Of a stretch of 64,000 bases of DNA, positions 28,110 through 37,495 are shown piece after piece. A program made the position numbers and the translations under genes. Every line of letters starts with the position of its first letter. Position 1 is the first letter of the stretch. The stretch is from Solirubrobacterales bacterium (lineage in GTDB: Bacteria; Actinomycetota; Thermoleophilia; Solirubrobacterales; JBBDJG01), in the NCBI GenBank assembly GCA_038330145.1, contig JBBQNR010000003.1, positions 4,579 through 68,578 of the forward strand. The letters run 5' to 3'. The notes below the pieces were generated by a model. The model was given only the letters and a program-made list of their open reading frames with translations, had not been told where the DNA came from and searched no databases.

Positions 28110-28215
28110 CGATGATCGCCGTGGCGACCCGGCGAGGGTCGACGCAGTAGGCGCTCTGCTCGACCCGCTTCTTGAGTGCTTCCTGGTTGGCGTCCGTGCG
28201 CATTTCGGGGCTCAT
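28012..28215 (-). CDS. Small ORF with a FlgM-like (anti-sigma-28 C-terminal) motif; overlaps the thiL 3' end
   Basis: The 67-aa product contains 'EALKKRVEQSAYCVDPRRVATAIIVKL', which resembles the FlgM-family 'LK..I..G.Y.VD...VA.A' segment. 98-nt convergent overlap with thiL. Low certainty. Confidence 0.35.
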   Translation of the reverse strand: MSPEMRTDANQEALKKRVEQSAYCVDPRRVATAIIVKLALGEGGRMSAWRSDPSPGAGGGNHSGQAA

Positions 28216-28330
28216 TTACCGCAGTGATCATCCGGCGTCCGTGCCGGCTGTACCTCTTGTACCTGGCTGTTATCGGAACTGGACGGCGAGTCCGCGATAG
28301 AACTGGCGTCCGCACGGACTGTTCGTCCAC

Positions 28331-30175
28331 CTAGAACTTGCGTTTAGCCAGGTTCTGCCCCCGTTCATCGCGTAGAGCGGACTCCGTGCCGCCCAGCGAG
28401 CCGGGCCCGGCGTAACTGCTGGGCCCTCTGACCGTGATCTCCGAGTCCCGCTCCCCGCCAGGCCGCGCAAGGGCAACGAGCACCGCCGACACGAGGCTGC
28501 CGGCTATCAGCGAGCCCAGCAGGGCGTTCCAGGCAGACCCGTCGCCCGCCACCATCAGCAACAGGTAGCGCGTCGGGTCGGCGCCCAGGTCGAGGCGCGC
28601 GCCGTAGTAGAGCAGCACCATCGCCGGCAGCAGCAGCGCGGTCGCCACCGCGGCCGAGACGAGCAGCCGGCGGTTGGGGCCCTGTGGCAACGCGGTCAGC
28701 AGGCAGAGGTGCAGCGCCGGGATCATCAACAGTGCAGCGAACGGGTTGCCGGCCCAGAGCGCGAGCAACTCCACAGACAGCACGAGCGACAGCGCGACGG
28801 CTGCCTCGGGCCCGTCCCCCTGCGCAGGCCCATGGCGGATGGCTGCCACGCGCGGCCGCAGCAGCAGCCAGGAAAGGGCGAACAGCAGCACCAGCGCCAC
28901 CAGCGCCGGGGCGGACTCGGAGAAGGACGGCCGCGTCGCGGGCGCAAGAGCCTCGCTTGCGCTCGAGGGCAACCAGTCCAGCAGCTGGAACAGCCACGCG
29001 GCCGCCAGCACGACCAGGAAGGGTGAGCTGGCCGCAAGCGACCAGCGCGCCCAGCGCATCACCTGGCGCCCTCGCCGGCGGGCTCGCGCGAAGGCGTCGA
29101 CGGCCGTGATCATGACTGGAAGCAGCAATCCGAGCGCGAACAGGGCCAGCGCCCATTCGGGCACCAGCTGGCTCCCGAAGACGACGTACCCGGGCGGTGA
29201 GCTCCTGATCTCGGTAGCCGAGTCGAGCGCGAGCAACGTCGCCAGCGCCGCCTTGCCGAAGCCGGCCAGCCGCAGGCGTGACAGCGAGGAAAGCGAATCG
29301 GGGTCGCGTTTCGACGACTCGCCGCGGGCCGTCAGCGTGACGGCGTCGTATCCGGCGGCCACAAGCGGCCCCTGCTCTCGCAGCGTCAGCGGCCAGGCCT
29401 GCCGCATGTACTGGCCGGCGGGCGATTCGCCGCCGGGGGTCGTGCCGGCCTCGCGCCTCAGTGCTCCCTCGGCCGTGCGCAGCAGCTGCAACGACCCTCG
29501 ACCGCTGCGCAACGACCATGGCACGGTCAGGGGGCGTTTCACCCGAGTCGCGGCTGGGTCTTCCAGCACCAGCACCGCGTCGACGTCGGCCCTGTCACCG
29601 TATTCGTCGGCGAAGCGGCGCGCACCCGCGTGGTCCGCGTCGCCACCATCGGTGGAGACGAACACGAGCGTCTTCTGATGGCGCAGCGCGGCAGCCGCTC
29701 GAGCCAGCTCCAGCAGCATGCCGGTGGCCGAGGCGCTCGGCGTCCCCGGTCGCGTCCGGGAGTCGCGATGGGCCATCACGACAAGCTGCCGGTCCGAGCG
29801 ACCGCTGAGCGTTGCGACGACGTTGGTCATCGTCTCGCTCTGGCCGTCCGACTCGGCGCTGAACTCGTCGCGTTTGGTCTCGAAGCTCAGGCTCCGGAAC
29901 CGGCCCTCGACGACATCGGCGAGCGCGTCGTCGCCCGCGCCGCCCGGTGAGCGGTCGGGATAGCGCCCGGCGATGTCGCTCGTGGTCGTGAAGGCTCCGT
30001 GCTCGTCGAAGGCGTCCGGCGCGAGGGTGGACGTCAGGGCAGGCGGACGCTCCTCGAGCGAGAACATCACGACGACCAGCGAGAGCAGGGCGAGCACGAG
30101 CGTTGCCCTGTAGATGCGGATGTCGACCAAGCTCCGCGGCATCTTAGCCCTGAGCTCCCAAGCGGAACTCGGCAC
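28331..30175 (-). CDS. Membrane protein with a degenerate M28-peptidase-like N-domain and a polytopic C-domain
   Basis: N-terminal TM, then 'VVMAHRDS' and 'ATGMLLELARAA...LVFVSTDGGD', which resemble M28 metal-site segments but with substituted ligands. About 8 C-terminal TM helices. Start may be the internal ATG at 30142. Confidence 0.65.
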   Translation of the reverse strand: MPSSAWELRAKMPRSLVDIRIYRATLVLALLSLVVVMFSLEERPPALTSTLAPDAFDEHGAFTTTSDIAGRYPDRSPGGAGDDALADVVEGRFRSLSFETKRDEFSAESDGQSETMTNVVATLSGRSDRQLVVMAHRDSRTRPGTPSASATGMLLELARAAAALRHQKTLVFVSTDGGDADHAGARRFADEYGDRADVDAVLVLEDPAATRVKRPLTVPWSLRSGRGSLQLLRTAEGALRREAGTTPGGESPAGQYMRQAWPLTLREQGPLVAAGYDAVTLTARGESSKRDPDSLSSLSRLRLAGFGKAALATLLALDSATEIRSSPPGYVVFGSQLVPEWALALFALGLLLPVMITAVDAFARARRRGRQVMRWARWSLAASSPFLVVLAAAWLFQLLDWLPSSASEALAPATRPSFSESAPALVALVLLFALSWLLLRPRVAAIRHGPAQGDGPEAAVALSLVLSVELLALWAGNPFAALLMIPALHLCLLTALPQGPNRRLLVSAAVATALLLPAMVLLYYGARLDLGADPTRYLLLMVAGDGSAWNALLGSLIAGSLVSAVLVALARPGGERDSEITVRGPSSYAGPGSLGGTESALRDERGQNLAKRKF

Positions 30176-30213
30176 CGGCGCGCCCCCCTAGAATTCGAGC
30201 GAAGAGGCACCAA

Positions 30214-30921
30214 GTGACCACCTCCGGAAAGACCACACGCATCCTGCTCGTGGACGACGAGCAGCCGGTGCAGAAGCTGCTCACCTATCCGCTCGAAAAG
30301 GAAGGCTACGAGGTGGTCCAGGCGCTCGACGGCCAGGACGCCCTGGCCCACTTCGAGAACGAGCAGTTCGACCTCGTCGTGCTCGACATCATGCTGCCGC
30401 GCATGGATGGCCTGGAGGTATGTAGGCGCATGCGCGCCCGCAGCTCCGTCCCGATCATCATGCTGACCGCCAAGGCCGAGGAGATCGACAAGGTAATCGG
30501 CCTGGAGTTGGGCGCGGACGACTACATCACCAAGCCCTTCTCGATGCGCGAGTTCCGCAGCAGGGTGCGGGCGGCGCTGCGGCGAGCCGAGATGGTCCCT
30601 GCCGCCGACTCCGACGAGGAGCCGGTCGAACGTGGCGACCTGCGGCTCGACCTGGCCAAGCGCACGACCGAGGTCCGCGGCGAGCCGGTCGACCTCACCT
30701 TCGTGGAGTTCGAGGTGCTATCGAGCCTCGCGCGCCACCCCGGCCGGGTCTTCCCGCGTGACGTGCTGCTCGACCGCGTCTGGGGTGACAGCGCCTATCG
30801 CGACCCGCGCACGATCGACGTCCACATACGGCACCTGCGCGAGAAGATCGAGCGCGACCCCAAGAGCCCCGAGTACCTGCTGACGGTACGCGGCGTCGGC
30901 TATCGCTTCCGCGACCAATGA
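30214..30921 (+). CDS. OmpR/PhoB-family response regulator
   Basis: Receiver domain 'ILLVDDEQP...LVVLDIMLPRMDG', winged-helix 'LTVRGVGYRF'. Confidence 0.92.
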   Translation: MTTSGKTTRILLVDDEQPVQKLLTYPLEKEGYEVVQALDGQDALAHFENEQFDLVVLDIMLPRMDGLEVCRRMRARSSVPIIMLTAKAEEIDKVIGLELGADDYITKPFSMREFRSRVRAALRRAEMVPAADSDEEPVERGDLRLDLAKRTTEVRGEPVDLTFVEFEVLSSLARHPGRVFPRDVLLDRVWGDSAYRDPRTIDVHIRHLREKIERDPKSPEYLLTVRGVGYRFRDQ

Positions 30922-32474
30922 GAGAGCGACAGAGCCCCTTCACCTCGATCAAGTACCGGCTCGCGCTGATGTTCTTCGCGATCACCGCGGGCGCGATAAT
31001 GATCATCTACTTCTACGTCGTGCCGCAGCTGGAGTCGAGCCTCACCTCCGAGAAGCTGCAGGGGCTGCGCAAGGACGCCGCCGCCTACTCGAAGCCGCTC
31101 GAGCGCACGATCGGGCGTGACGTCTTCGGGCCCGAGCTGGACCGGCTCACACGCGGCATCGGCGAGCAGGCCGGGGCCGGCGTGACGCTGCTCGGCATTC
31201 CGCGCAACGAGCGCAGCTCGGGAGGCGAGGCGGCGCCGCCCTACGTGATCTCCGACTCCCGCGAGGCGGTCACCCGCCTCGAGCCCGCCTCGAGCACCGT
31301 GCTCGCGGCCGCACGCGAGGGCAAGGTGACGACGGCGACCCGCTCGGAGGGAGGCAAGCGACTGGCCCAGGTCGCCAAGCCCCTCTACTACAAAGGCCAG
31401 CCCGCATGGGTCGTCGTCTATTCGGCGCCACTCAGCGACGTGAGCGACAACGTCTCGCTGATCGAGCGCCAGATCCTGATCGCGGGAGGCATCGCGCTGC
31501 TGGTGGCGCTGATCAGCGGCTACTACGCCTCCAACGCGCTCACGAAGCGTGTCAAGCGTCTCGAGCGCGCCGCCGGCGAAGTGGCGGCCGGCAACTTCTC
31601 CGACCCGATCCCGATCGACTCCGAGGACGAGCTGGGCCAGCTGGCGCGGGCATTCAACGAGATGCAGCGCAAGCTGGCCGGCCTCGACCAGGCCCGCAAG
31701 GAGTTCATCGCCAACGCCTCCCACGAGCTGCGCACGCCGATCTTCTCGCTCGGAGGCTTCATGGAGCTGCTCGTAGACGAGGACATCGACGAGACGACCC
31801 GATCGGAGTTCCTGACCACGATGCGCGAGCAGGTGGATCGGCTCCAGAAGCTGACCACCGACCTGCTCGACCTCTCGCGCCTGGACGCCGGATCGCTCGA
31901 GGTGGAACTGGAGCCCGTTCCGCTGCTGACGCTGGCACACCAGGTCGCGGCCGAGTTCGCCGCCGCGGCCGCCATGCAGAGGGCGCAGATCAACGTCCCG
32001 CCGGTGGACCCCGAGGACGACGTCGAAGCCGAGTCCGACTTCACCCGCGTGGCCCAGATTTTGCGAGCGCTGGTGGACAACGCTCTCTCACACACCGGTG
32101 AGGGCACGTCGGTGGTCGTGCAGGCACGTCGTCGCCCCGCGCTGAAGAACGGCCGGCCAACGGTCGAGCTGACCGTCACCGACGACGGCCCCGGCATCCC
32201 GCCTGAACAGCTCCCGAAGCTGTTCGACCGCTTCCACAGCGGCGACGCCGGACAGGGCTCAGGGCTCGGCCTATCGATCGCCCGGCAGCTTGCGGAACGT
32301 ATGCTTGGGACCCTCGACGTGACCTCCTCCCCCGGCCAGACCACCTTCACCCTCACGCTGCCGGCCGCCCTCGGGCGCGACAGGCGCGACAGGCGCGACG
32401 GCCGCCCCTACGAAGCGGCGACGCCATCCCGTTCCGGCACCGGCCCGCTCACCTCCGGGCGAACCCGGACATGA
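30918..32474 (+). CDS. Sensor histidine kinase (2 TM, HAMP, HisKA, HATPase_c)
   Basis: H-box 'SHELRTPIFSL', N-box 'VDNALSH', G1 'DDGPGIP', G2 'GSGLGLSI'. ATGA overlap with the regulator gene. Confidence 0.92.
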   Translation: MRERQSPFTSIKYRLALMFFAITAGAIMIIYFYVVPQLESSLTSEKLQGLRKDAAAYSKPLERTIGRDVFGPELDRLTRGIGEQAGAGVTLLGIPRNERSSGGEAAPPYVISDSREAVTRLEPASSTVLAAAREGKVTTATRSEGGKRLAQVAKPLYYKGQPAWVVVYSAPLSDVSDNVSLIERQILIAGGIALLVALISGYYASNALTKRVKRLERAAGEVAAGNFSDPIPIDSEDELGQLARAFNEMQRKLAGLDQARKEFIANASHELRTPIFSLGGFMELLVDEDIDETTRSEFLTTMREQVDRLQKLTTDLLDLSRLDAGSLEVELEPVPLLTLAHQVAAEFAAAAAMQRAQINVPPVDPEDDVEAESDFTRVAQILRALVDNALSHTGEGTSVVVQARRRPALKNGRPTVELTVTDDGPGIPPEQLPKLFDRFHSGDAGQGSGLGLSIARQLAERMLGTLDVTSSPGQTTFTLTLPAALGRDRRDRRDGRPYEAATPSRSGTGPLTSGRTRT

Positions 32475-33643
32475 GGGTGCGTCCGCTCGCGGCAGTCGCA
32501 GCCATAGCCCTACTGCTCCCGCTCTCGGGTTGTGGTGGGGGCGACGACTCGAACTCCTCCGACAGCCGTACCGTCGAGCGCACGAAGGTGCAGGTCGTCG
32601 AGGGGCTTGGCAAGAACGGCAATTTCGACCCAGCGGCCATCTACGACCAATTCGGGAATGGCGTCGTCACGGTCACGTCCCTCTACTCCGCCGGCGGAGC
32701 GGCGGCGCTCGGCGGTCGCGGCAACGCCGGCCAGGGCACCGGCTTCGTGCTCGACGACCGCGGCCATGTGCTCACCAACGCCCACGTCATCACCGAGGGC
32801 CAGGCGGGCAGCATCAAGGAGGCCAAGGAGGTATTCGTCCAGTTCGCCGACGGCAACGAGGTGCCGGCCAAGATCGTCGGCGTCGACCCCAACTCCGATG
32901 TCGGGCTGGTGAAGGTCGATCCGGGCGGGCTGAAGCTCGTGCCGCTGCGGTTGGGCCATTCCGCCGCCGTGCGGGTCGGCGAGCCGGTGGTTGCGATCGG
33001 CAGCCCCTTCGGCGAGGAGCAGTCGCTCTCGGTCGGCGTCGTGTCGGCCACCAACCGCACGATCCAGGCGCTGACGGACTTCCAGATCGGCGACGCGATC
33101 CAGACCGACGCCGCCATCAACCGCGGCAACTCCGGCGGCCCCCTGTTGAACGCGGGCGGCCAGGTGCTCGGCATCAACTCACAGATCCGCTCCTCCAGCG
33201 GCGGTAGCGAGGGAGTCGGGTTCGCCGTGCCGATCGACACCGTGCGGCGATCGCTCGATCAGTTGCGCGCAGACGGCAAGGCCAGGTATGGCTACGTCGG
33301 TGTCAGCTCGCAGGCGCTCTACCCACAGCTCGCCAAGAAGCTGAAGCTGCCGGTGCAGCAGGGTGCGCTGGTGGCCGCGGTCGCCAAGGGAGGCCCGGCA
33401 GACAAGGCCGGCATCAAGGGTGGGGGCAAGGAGATCAGGTTCCAGGCCACGATCGTGCGGCCGGGGGGCGACGTCGTCACCCGCGTCGACGGTCATCGCA
33501 TAACGCGCGAGACGGATCTCAGCGACCTGATCTCGCGCTACCGGCCCGATCAGTCGGTGACGCTGGAGATCTATCGCGGCGGCAAGCGGCGCCAGGTGAA
33601 GCTGGCGCTCGGCGAGCGCCCCAACAAGCTCCCAAGCCAGTGA
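32471..33643 (+). CDS. HtrA/DegP-family trypsin-like serine protease with a PDZ domain
   Basis: Lipobox-like 'LLPLSGCGG'. Catalytic 'TNAHV' and 'GNSGGPLLN'. C-terminal PDZ ('GALVAAVAKGGPADKAGIKGG'). ATGA overlap with the kinase gene. Confidence 0.9.
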   Translation: MRVRPLAAVAAIALLLPLSGCGGGDDSNSSDSRTVERTKVQVVEGLGKNGNFDPAAIYDQFGNGVVTVTSLYSAGGAAALGGRGNAGQGTGFVLDDRGHVLTNAHVITEGQAGSIKEAKEVFVQFADGNEVPAKIVGVDPNSDVGLVKVDPGGLKLVPLRLGHSAAVRVGEPVVAIGSPFGEEQSLSVGVVSATNRTIQALTDFQIGDAIQTDAAINRGNSGGPLLNAGGQVLGINSQIRSSSGGSEGVGFAVPIDTVRRSLDQLRADGKARYGYVGVSSQALYPQLAKKLKLPVQQGALVAAVAKGGPADKAGIKGGGKEIRFQATIVRPGGDVVTRVDGHRITRETDLSDLISRYRPDQSVTLEIYRGGKRRQVKLALGERPNKLPSQ

Positions 33644-33656
33644 TGCCCACGCCGTC

Positions 33657-34610
33657 TTGATCCGAGAGCTCGTGAACGACCTGGCGCACGAGCTACGAGG
33701 CCACGTGCTTCCACACCTCGGGGCTCACTCCGGGCGGGCTCACGTCCAGGCGGGAGTGGGCGGCGACGTGACGTTCGCCATCGACCAGGAGGCGGAGCAG
33801 TTCCTGGAGTCCTTCCTTCGAGAGCGTGCCCCCGACGTAAGCTTCTACTCGGAGGACAGGGGGCTGGTGCAGGCCTCGAGCGGCAACGCGGCCAGCCACG
33901 TGCTGGTCGTGGACCCGGTGGACGGCACGCGGCCGGCGATGGCCGGGCTGGAGTGCTGCTGCGTCTCGGTGGCCGCCGCGCCGCTCGGCGAGGGCAACCC
34001 CACGATGGGCGAGGTCGAGGTGGGCTGCATCGTGGAGATCAAGGGCGGCGCGTCCTTCCTGGCCGAGAAGGGAGTCGGGGTCGAGATCCGCGACGGCGAC
34101 GGCCGGGCGGCCGATCCGCTGCTCAGCCGCAACCGGGAGCTGTCGCGGCTGTTCTGGACCTCCGGCTTCCGCGGTCGCCCGGCCGATCCCCTGATCACGG
34201 TCCTGGAGCAGCTGATCGACACGTCCTCGGTGGGCGGTGCCTTCTTCGACCTCGGCTCGGCGACGTTCGACATGACCCGGATCGCCACTGGCCAGCTCGA
34301 CGCCTACGTCGACGTCGGCACCCTGATGATCGAAGAGGTTCCGGCGCTGCGCCGCCGTTTCGAGCAGGTCGGAGGAGGGGCGGTGCTCAACAACTCGCCC
34401 TACGACCTGGCGGCCGCCGTGCTCTGCCTGGGAGAGGCCGGCGCGGTGGTGACCGACGCCCGGGGCGACCGGCTCGACGAGCGGCCGCTGCTCGGATCGG
34501 GCCACGAGTTCCAGATGTCCTGCCTCGCGGCATCGAACCAGGAGCTCCATTCAGAGTTGCTGTCCTCCATCCAGGAGGGCCTGCGCCGCCTACACGCCCG
34601 GTTTAATTGA
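33657..34610 (+). CDS. Inositol monophosphatase/FBPase-superfamily phosphatase
   Basis: Motifs 'FYSEDRG', 'VVDPVDGT', 'SPYDLAAAVL'. TTG start. Confidence 0.75.
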   Translation: MIRELVNDLAHELRGHVLPHLGAHSGRAHVQAGVGGDVTFAIDQEAEQFLESFLRERAPDVSFYSEDRGLVQASSGNAASHVLVVDPVDGTRPAMAGLECCCVSVAAAPLGEGNPTMGEVEVGCIVEIKGGASFLAEKGVGVEIRDGDGRAADPLLSRNRELSRLFWTSGFRGRPADPLITVLEQLIDTSSVGGAFFDLGSATFDMTRIATGQLDAYVDVGTLMIEEVPALRRRFEQVGGGAVLNNSPYDLAAAVLCLGEAGAVVTDARGDRLDERPLLGSGHEFQMSCLAASNQELHSELLSSIQEGLRRLHARFN

Positions 34611-34741
34611 AAGAATCTCGCCGAGGTTTGCAACTCGCCTCAGCCGGCCGATGTTTGGAATATCGGGTTCGGCGGCAGAATCGCTGCCGAAAATCCCAAG
34701 TTTGAGCTCGAGTCCCCCAAGCAAGCTTTGAAGGAGCAAGG

Positions 34742-35971
34742 TTGCTACAACCCGTAGGCGTCGGCACCAAGTCGATTGCCGATTACAGGCACCTCGCCGG
34801 GCAGGCCCTGATCGAGGAGATCAACGACCTCGCCGAGCCGCTCAGAGGCAAGCGGATTCTGCACATCAACGCGACCGCCATGGGAGGCGGGGTCTCGGAG
34901 ATCCTCTACGCGCTCGTGCCCCTGATGAGGGACGTGGGCCTTGACTGCGACTGGCAGATCCTGATCGGGCGCGAGGAGTTCTTCAACGTCACGAAGATGA
35001 TGCACAACGCCCTCCAGGGCAACCCGCACTCGCTGTCGGAGGAGGACTGGGAGATCTTCCACCGCTATTCCGAGCTCAACGCGCGGCAGCTCGAGGGGGA
35101 CTGGGATGTCGTGATCGCGCACGACCCGCAGACGGTGGCGATGCGCTCGCTGCTCGAGGACAGCACCGCGAGCTGGGTCTGGCGCTGTCACATCGACCTC
35201 TCGACACCGAACCGCGAAGTGCTCGACCCGCTGCTTCCGCTGCTGGTGCCCCACGACGCCACGGTCTTCCACATGGCCAGCTACGTCCCCGACGGCGTCA
35301 ACGGCAAGGTCGAGATCGTGCCGCCGGCCATCGACCCGCTTTCGCCGAAGAACATGGCGCTCTCCCCCGACGACGCCGCCTTCGTCTGCAACCAGTTCGG
35401 CGTCGATCCCGACCGCCCGCTGATCACCCAGGTGTCGCGCTTCGACCCCTGGAAGGACCCCGTCGGCGTCATCGACGCGTACCGGATCGTGAAGAAGGAG
35501 GTCGATGGCCTTCAGCTTGCCCTGGTCGGCTCGCTGGCGACCGACGACCCCGAGGGTTGGGACTACTTCCAGATGACCTACAAGTACGCGGCCGACGATC
35601 CCGACATCAAGATCCTCAACAACCTCAACAACGTCGGCGCGATCGAGGTCAACGCCTTCCAGTCGATGTCGGACATCGTGCTCCAGAAGTCGACGCGCGA
35701 GGGCTTCGGCCTCACCGTCTCCGAGGCGCTCTGGAAGAGCAGGCCGACGGTGGCCGGCAACGTCGGCGGCATCCCGCTCCAGATCGAGAACAGCGTTTCG
35801 GGGTTCCTCGTCAACTCACCCGAGGAGACCGCGGAGTGCTGCCTGAAGATCCTCAACGACCCGGAGCTGGGCAGGCGCCTGGGGCGAGCCGGCAAGGAGT
35901 ACGTCCGCACGCATTTCCTGATGCCACGTCTGCTTCGTGACTGGCTCAGGATCTTCACGGAGCTGACGTGA
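34742..35971 (+). CDS. treT: Trehalose glycosyltransferring synthase (TreT-type GT4 glycosyltransferase)
   Basis: Collinear with my memory of archaeal TreT: 'INATAMGGGVSEILYALVPL', 'FFNVTKMMHNALQG', 'WRCHIDLSTPN', 'ITQVSRFDPWKDP', 'REGFGLTVSEALWK'. GAAGGAG SD 7 nt before the TTG start. Confidence 0.8.
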   Translation: MLQPVGVGTKSIADYRHLAGQALIEEINDLAEPLRGKRILHINATAMGGGVSEILYALVPLMRDVGLDCDWQILIGREEFFNVTKMMHNALQGNPHSLSEEDWEIFHRYSELNARQLEGDWDVVIAHDPQTVAMRSLLEDSTASWVWRCHIDLSTPNREVLDPLLPLLVPHDATVFHMASYVPDGVNGKVEIVPPAIDPLSPKNMALSPDDAAFVCNQFGVDPDRPLITQVSRFDPWKDPVGVIDAYRIVKKEVDGLQLALVGSLATDDPEGWDYFQMTYKYAADDPDIKILNNLNNVGAIEVNAFQSMSDIVLQKSTREGFGLTVSEALWKSRPTVAGNVGGIPLQIENSVSGFLVNSPEETAECCLKILNDPELGRRLGRAGKEYVRTHFLMPRLLRDWLRIFTELT

Positions 35972-37443
35972 CCTCAGACGACCGCCCGCTGGTGCTGGTC
36001 TCCAACAGGGGACCGGTCACCTTCGAGCGCGACGAATCCGGGGAGATCACCCACCGGCGGGGGGGTGGCGGGCTGGTCACGGCCCTGACCGGGCTGCTGC
36101 GCAAGCGGCGGGCGCTCTGGGTCGCGTCGGCGATGACGGACGAGGACGTCGAGGTCAGCCGCCGCCACGACGAGCGCAGCTTCGAGATCGAGCTCGACGA
36201 GGTCACCTACCGCATCCGACTCGTGGCCTCAGACCCCGACGCCTACGACCGCTTCTACAACCAGATCGCAAATCCGCTGCTCTGGTTCATCCAGCACTAC
36301 CTCTGGGACCTTTCGAACGTCCCGGACATCCGCCTCGAGGAGCGCGAGGCATGGGAGGACGGCTACAAGCGGGTCAACGAAGACCTGGCACAAGCGGTGC
36401 TTGAGGAGATCGAGCAGATGCCGGACGCGGTCGTGATGGTGCACGACTACCACCTCTACACGGCGCCCTCGATCATCCGCCGCGAGCGACCAGACGCCTT
36501 CCTGCAGCAGTTCGTCCACATTCCCTGGACGCAGCCCGATGCCTGGCGCGTGTTGCCGGCCAAGATGCGAACCGAGATCTTCGAGGGCCTGCTCTCGAAC
36601 GACATCGTCGGCTTCCACACGCGCTCCTACTGCAACAACTTCATGCAGTGCTGCCGAGAGCTGATGGGGCTGGACACCGACTACGCTCGCGGGGCGGTCT
36701 TCTTCAACGACCGCGAGACCTGGGTGCGGGCGTACCCCCTGTCGATCGACGTCGAGGGCTTTCAGCGCATCGCCGGCAGCGAGGCCGTCGCAAGCTACGA
36801 GCCCGAGATCCTGCGCCGCCGCCGCGAGCACATGATCCTGAGGGTGGACCGCGCCGACCTGTCCAAGAACGTGCTGCGCGGGTTCACGGCCTTCGACATC
36901 TTCCTGCAGCAGCACCCCGAGTTCAGCGAGAAGGTGACCTTCATAGCTCACCTTCAGCCGTCGCGGCAGGACGTCCCCGAGTACGTCGAGTACCTGGAGA
37001 AGATCGAGGCGCTGGTCGCGGTTATCAATCACCGGCATGGCACCACCGACTGGATGCCCATCGACCTCCGCCTGCGCGACGACTTCGAGGAGGCGGTCGC
37101 GCTCTACAAGCACTTCGACCTCCTGATGGTCAACGCGATGTGGGACGGCATGAACCTCGTCGCCAAGGAAGGACCGCTCATCAACCAGCGCAACGGGATG
37201 ATCATGCTGTCGGAGAATACGGGCGCGCACGAGGAGCTGGGCGACTGCGCGATCACCGTCAACCCGTTCGACGTCCAGGAGCAGGCCGACGCCATCCACA
37301 TGGCCCTGACGGCATCGCCCGAGGTGCGGGCCGATCGCATGAAGCACCTCCAGGACATCATCGCCCAGCGCAGCCCCGAAGGCTGGATCGGCGATCAGCT
37401 CGCCGACATTGAGATGAAGCACTCTGCTGCGCCACTGCCGTAG
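35968..37443 (+). CDS. otsA: Alpha,alpha-trehalose-phosphate synthase (GT20, OtsA-like)
   Basis: 'LVLVSNRGPVTF...GGGGLVTAL', 'VMVHDYHLY', 'VGFHT', 'LVAKEGP'. GTGA overlap with treT. GT20 could also be another sugar-phosphate synthase. Confidence 0.8.
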   Translation: MTSDDRPLVLVSNRGPVTFERDESGEITHRRGGGGLVTALTGLLRKRRALWVASAMTDEDVEVSRRHDERSFEIELDEVTYRIRLVASDPDAYDRFYNQIANPLLWFIQHYLWDLSNVPDIRLEEREAWEDGYKRVNEDLAQAVLEEIEQMPDAVVMVHDYHLYTAPSIIRRERPDAFLQQFVHIPWTQPDAWRVLPAKMRTEIFEGLLSNDIVGFHTRSYCNNFMQCCRELMGLDTDYARGAVFFNDRETWVRAYPLSIDVEGFQRIAGSEAVASYEPEILRRRREHMILRVDRADLSKNVLRGFTAFDIFLQQHPEFSEKVTFIAHLQPSRQDVPEYVEYLEKIEALVAVINHRHGTTDWMPIDLRLRDDFEEAVALYKHFDLLMVNAMWDGMNLVAKEGPLINQRNGMIMLSENTGAHEELGDCAITVNPFDVQEQADAIHMALTASPEVRADRMKHLQDIIAQRSPEGWIGDQLADIEMKHSAAPLP

Positions 37444-37495
37444 GGGCTGCCGGCGAAAGCCGAGCTGCGCGACCCACTGCGGTAGGCCCCGACTG

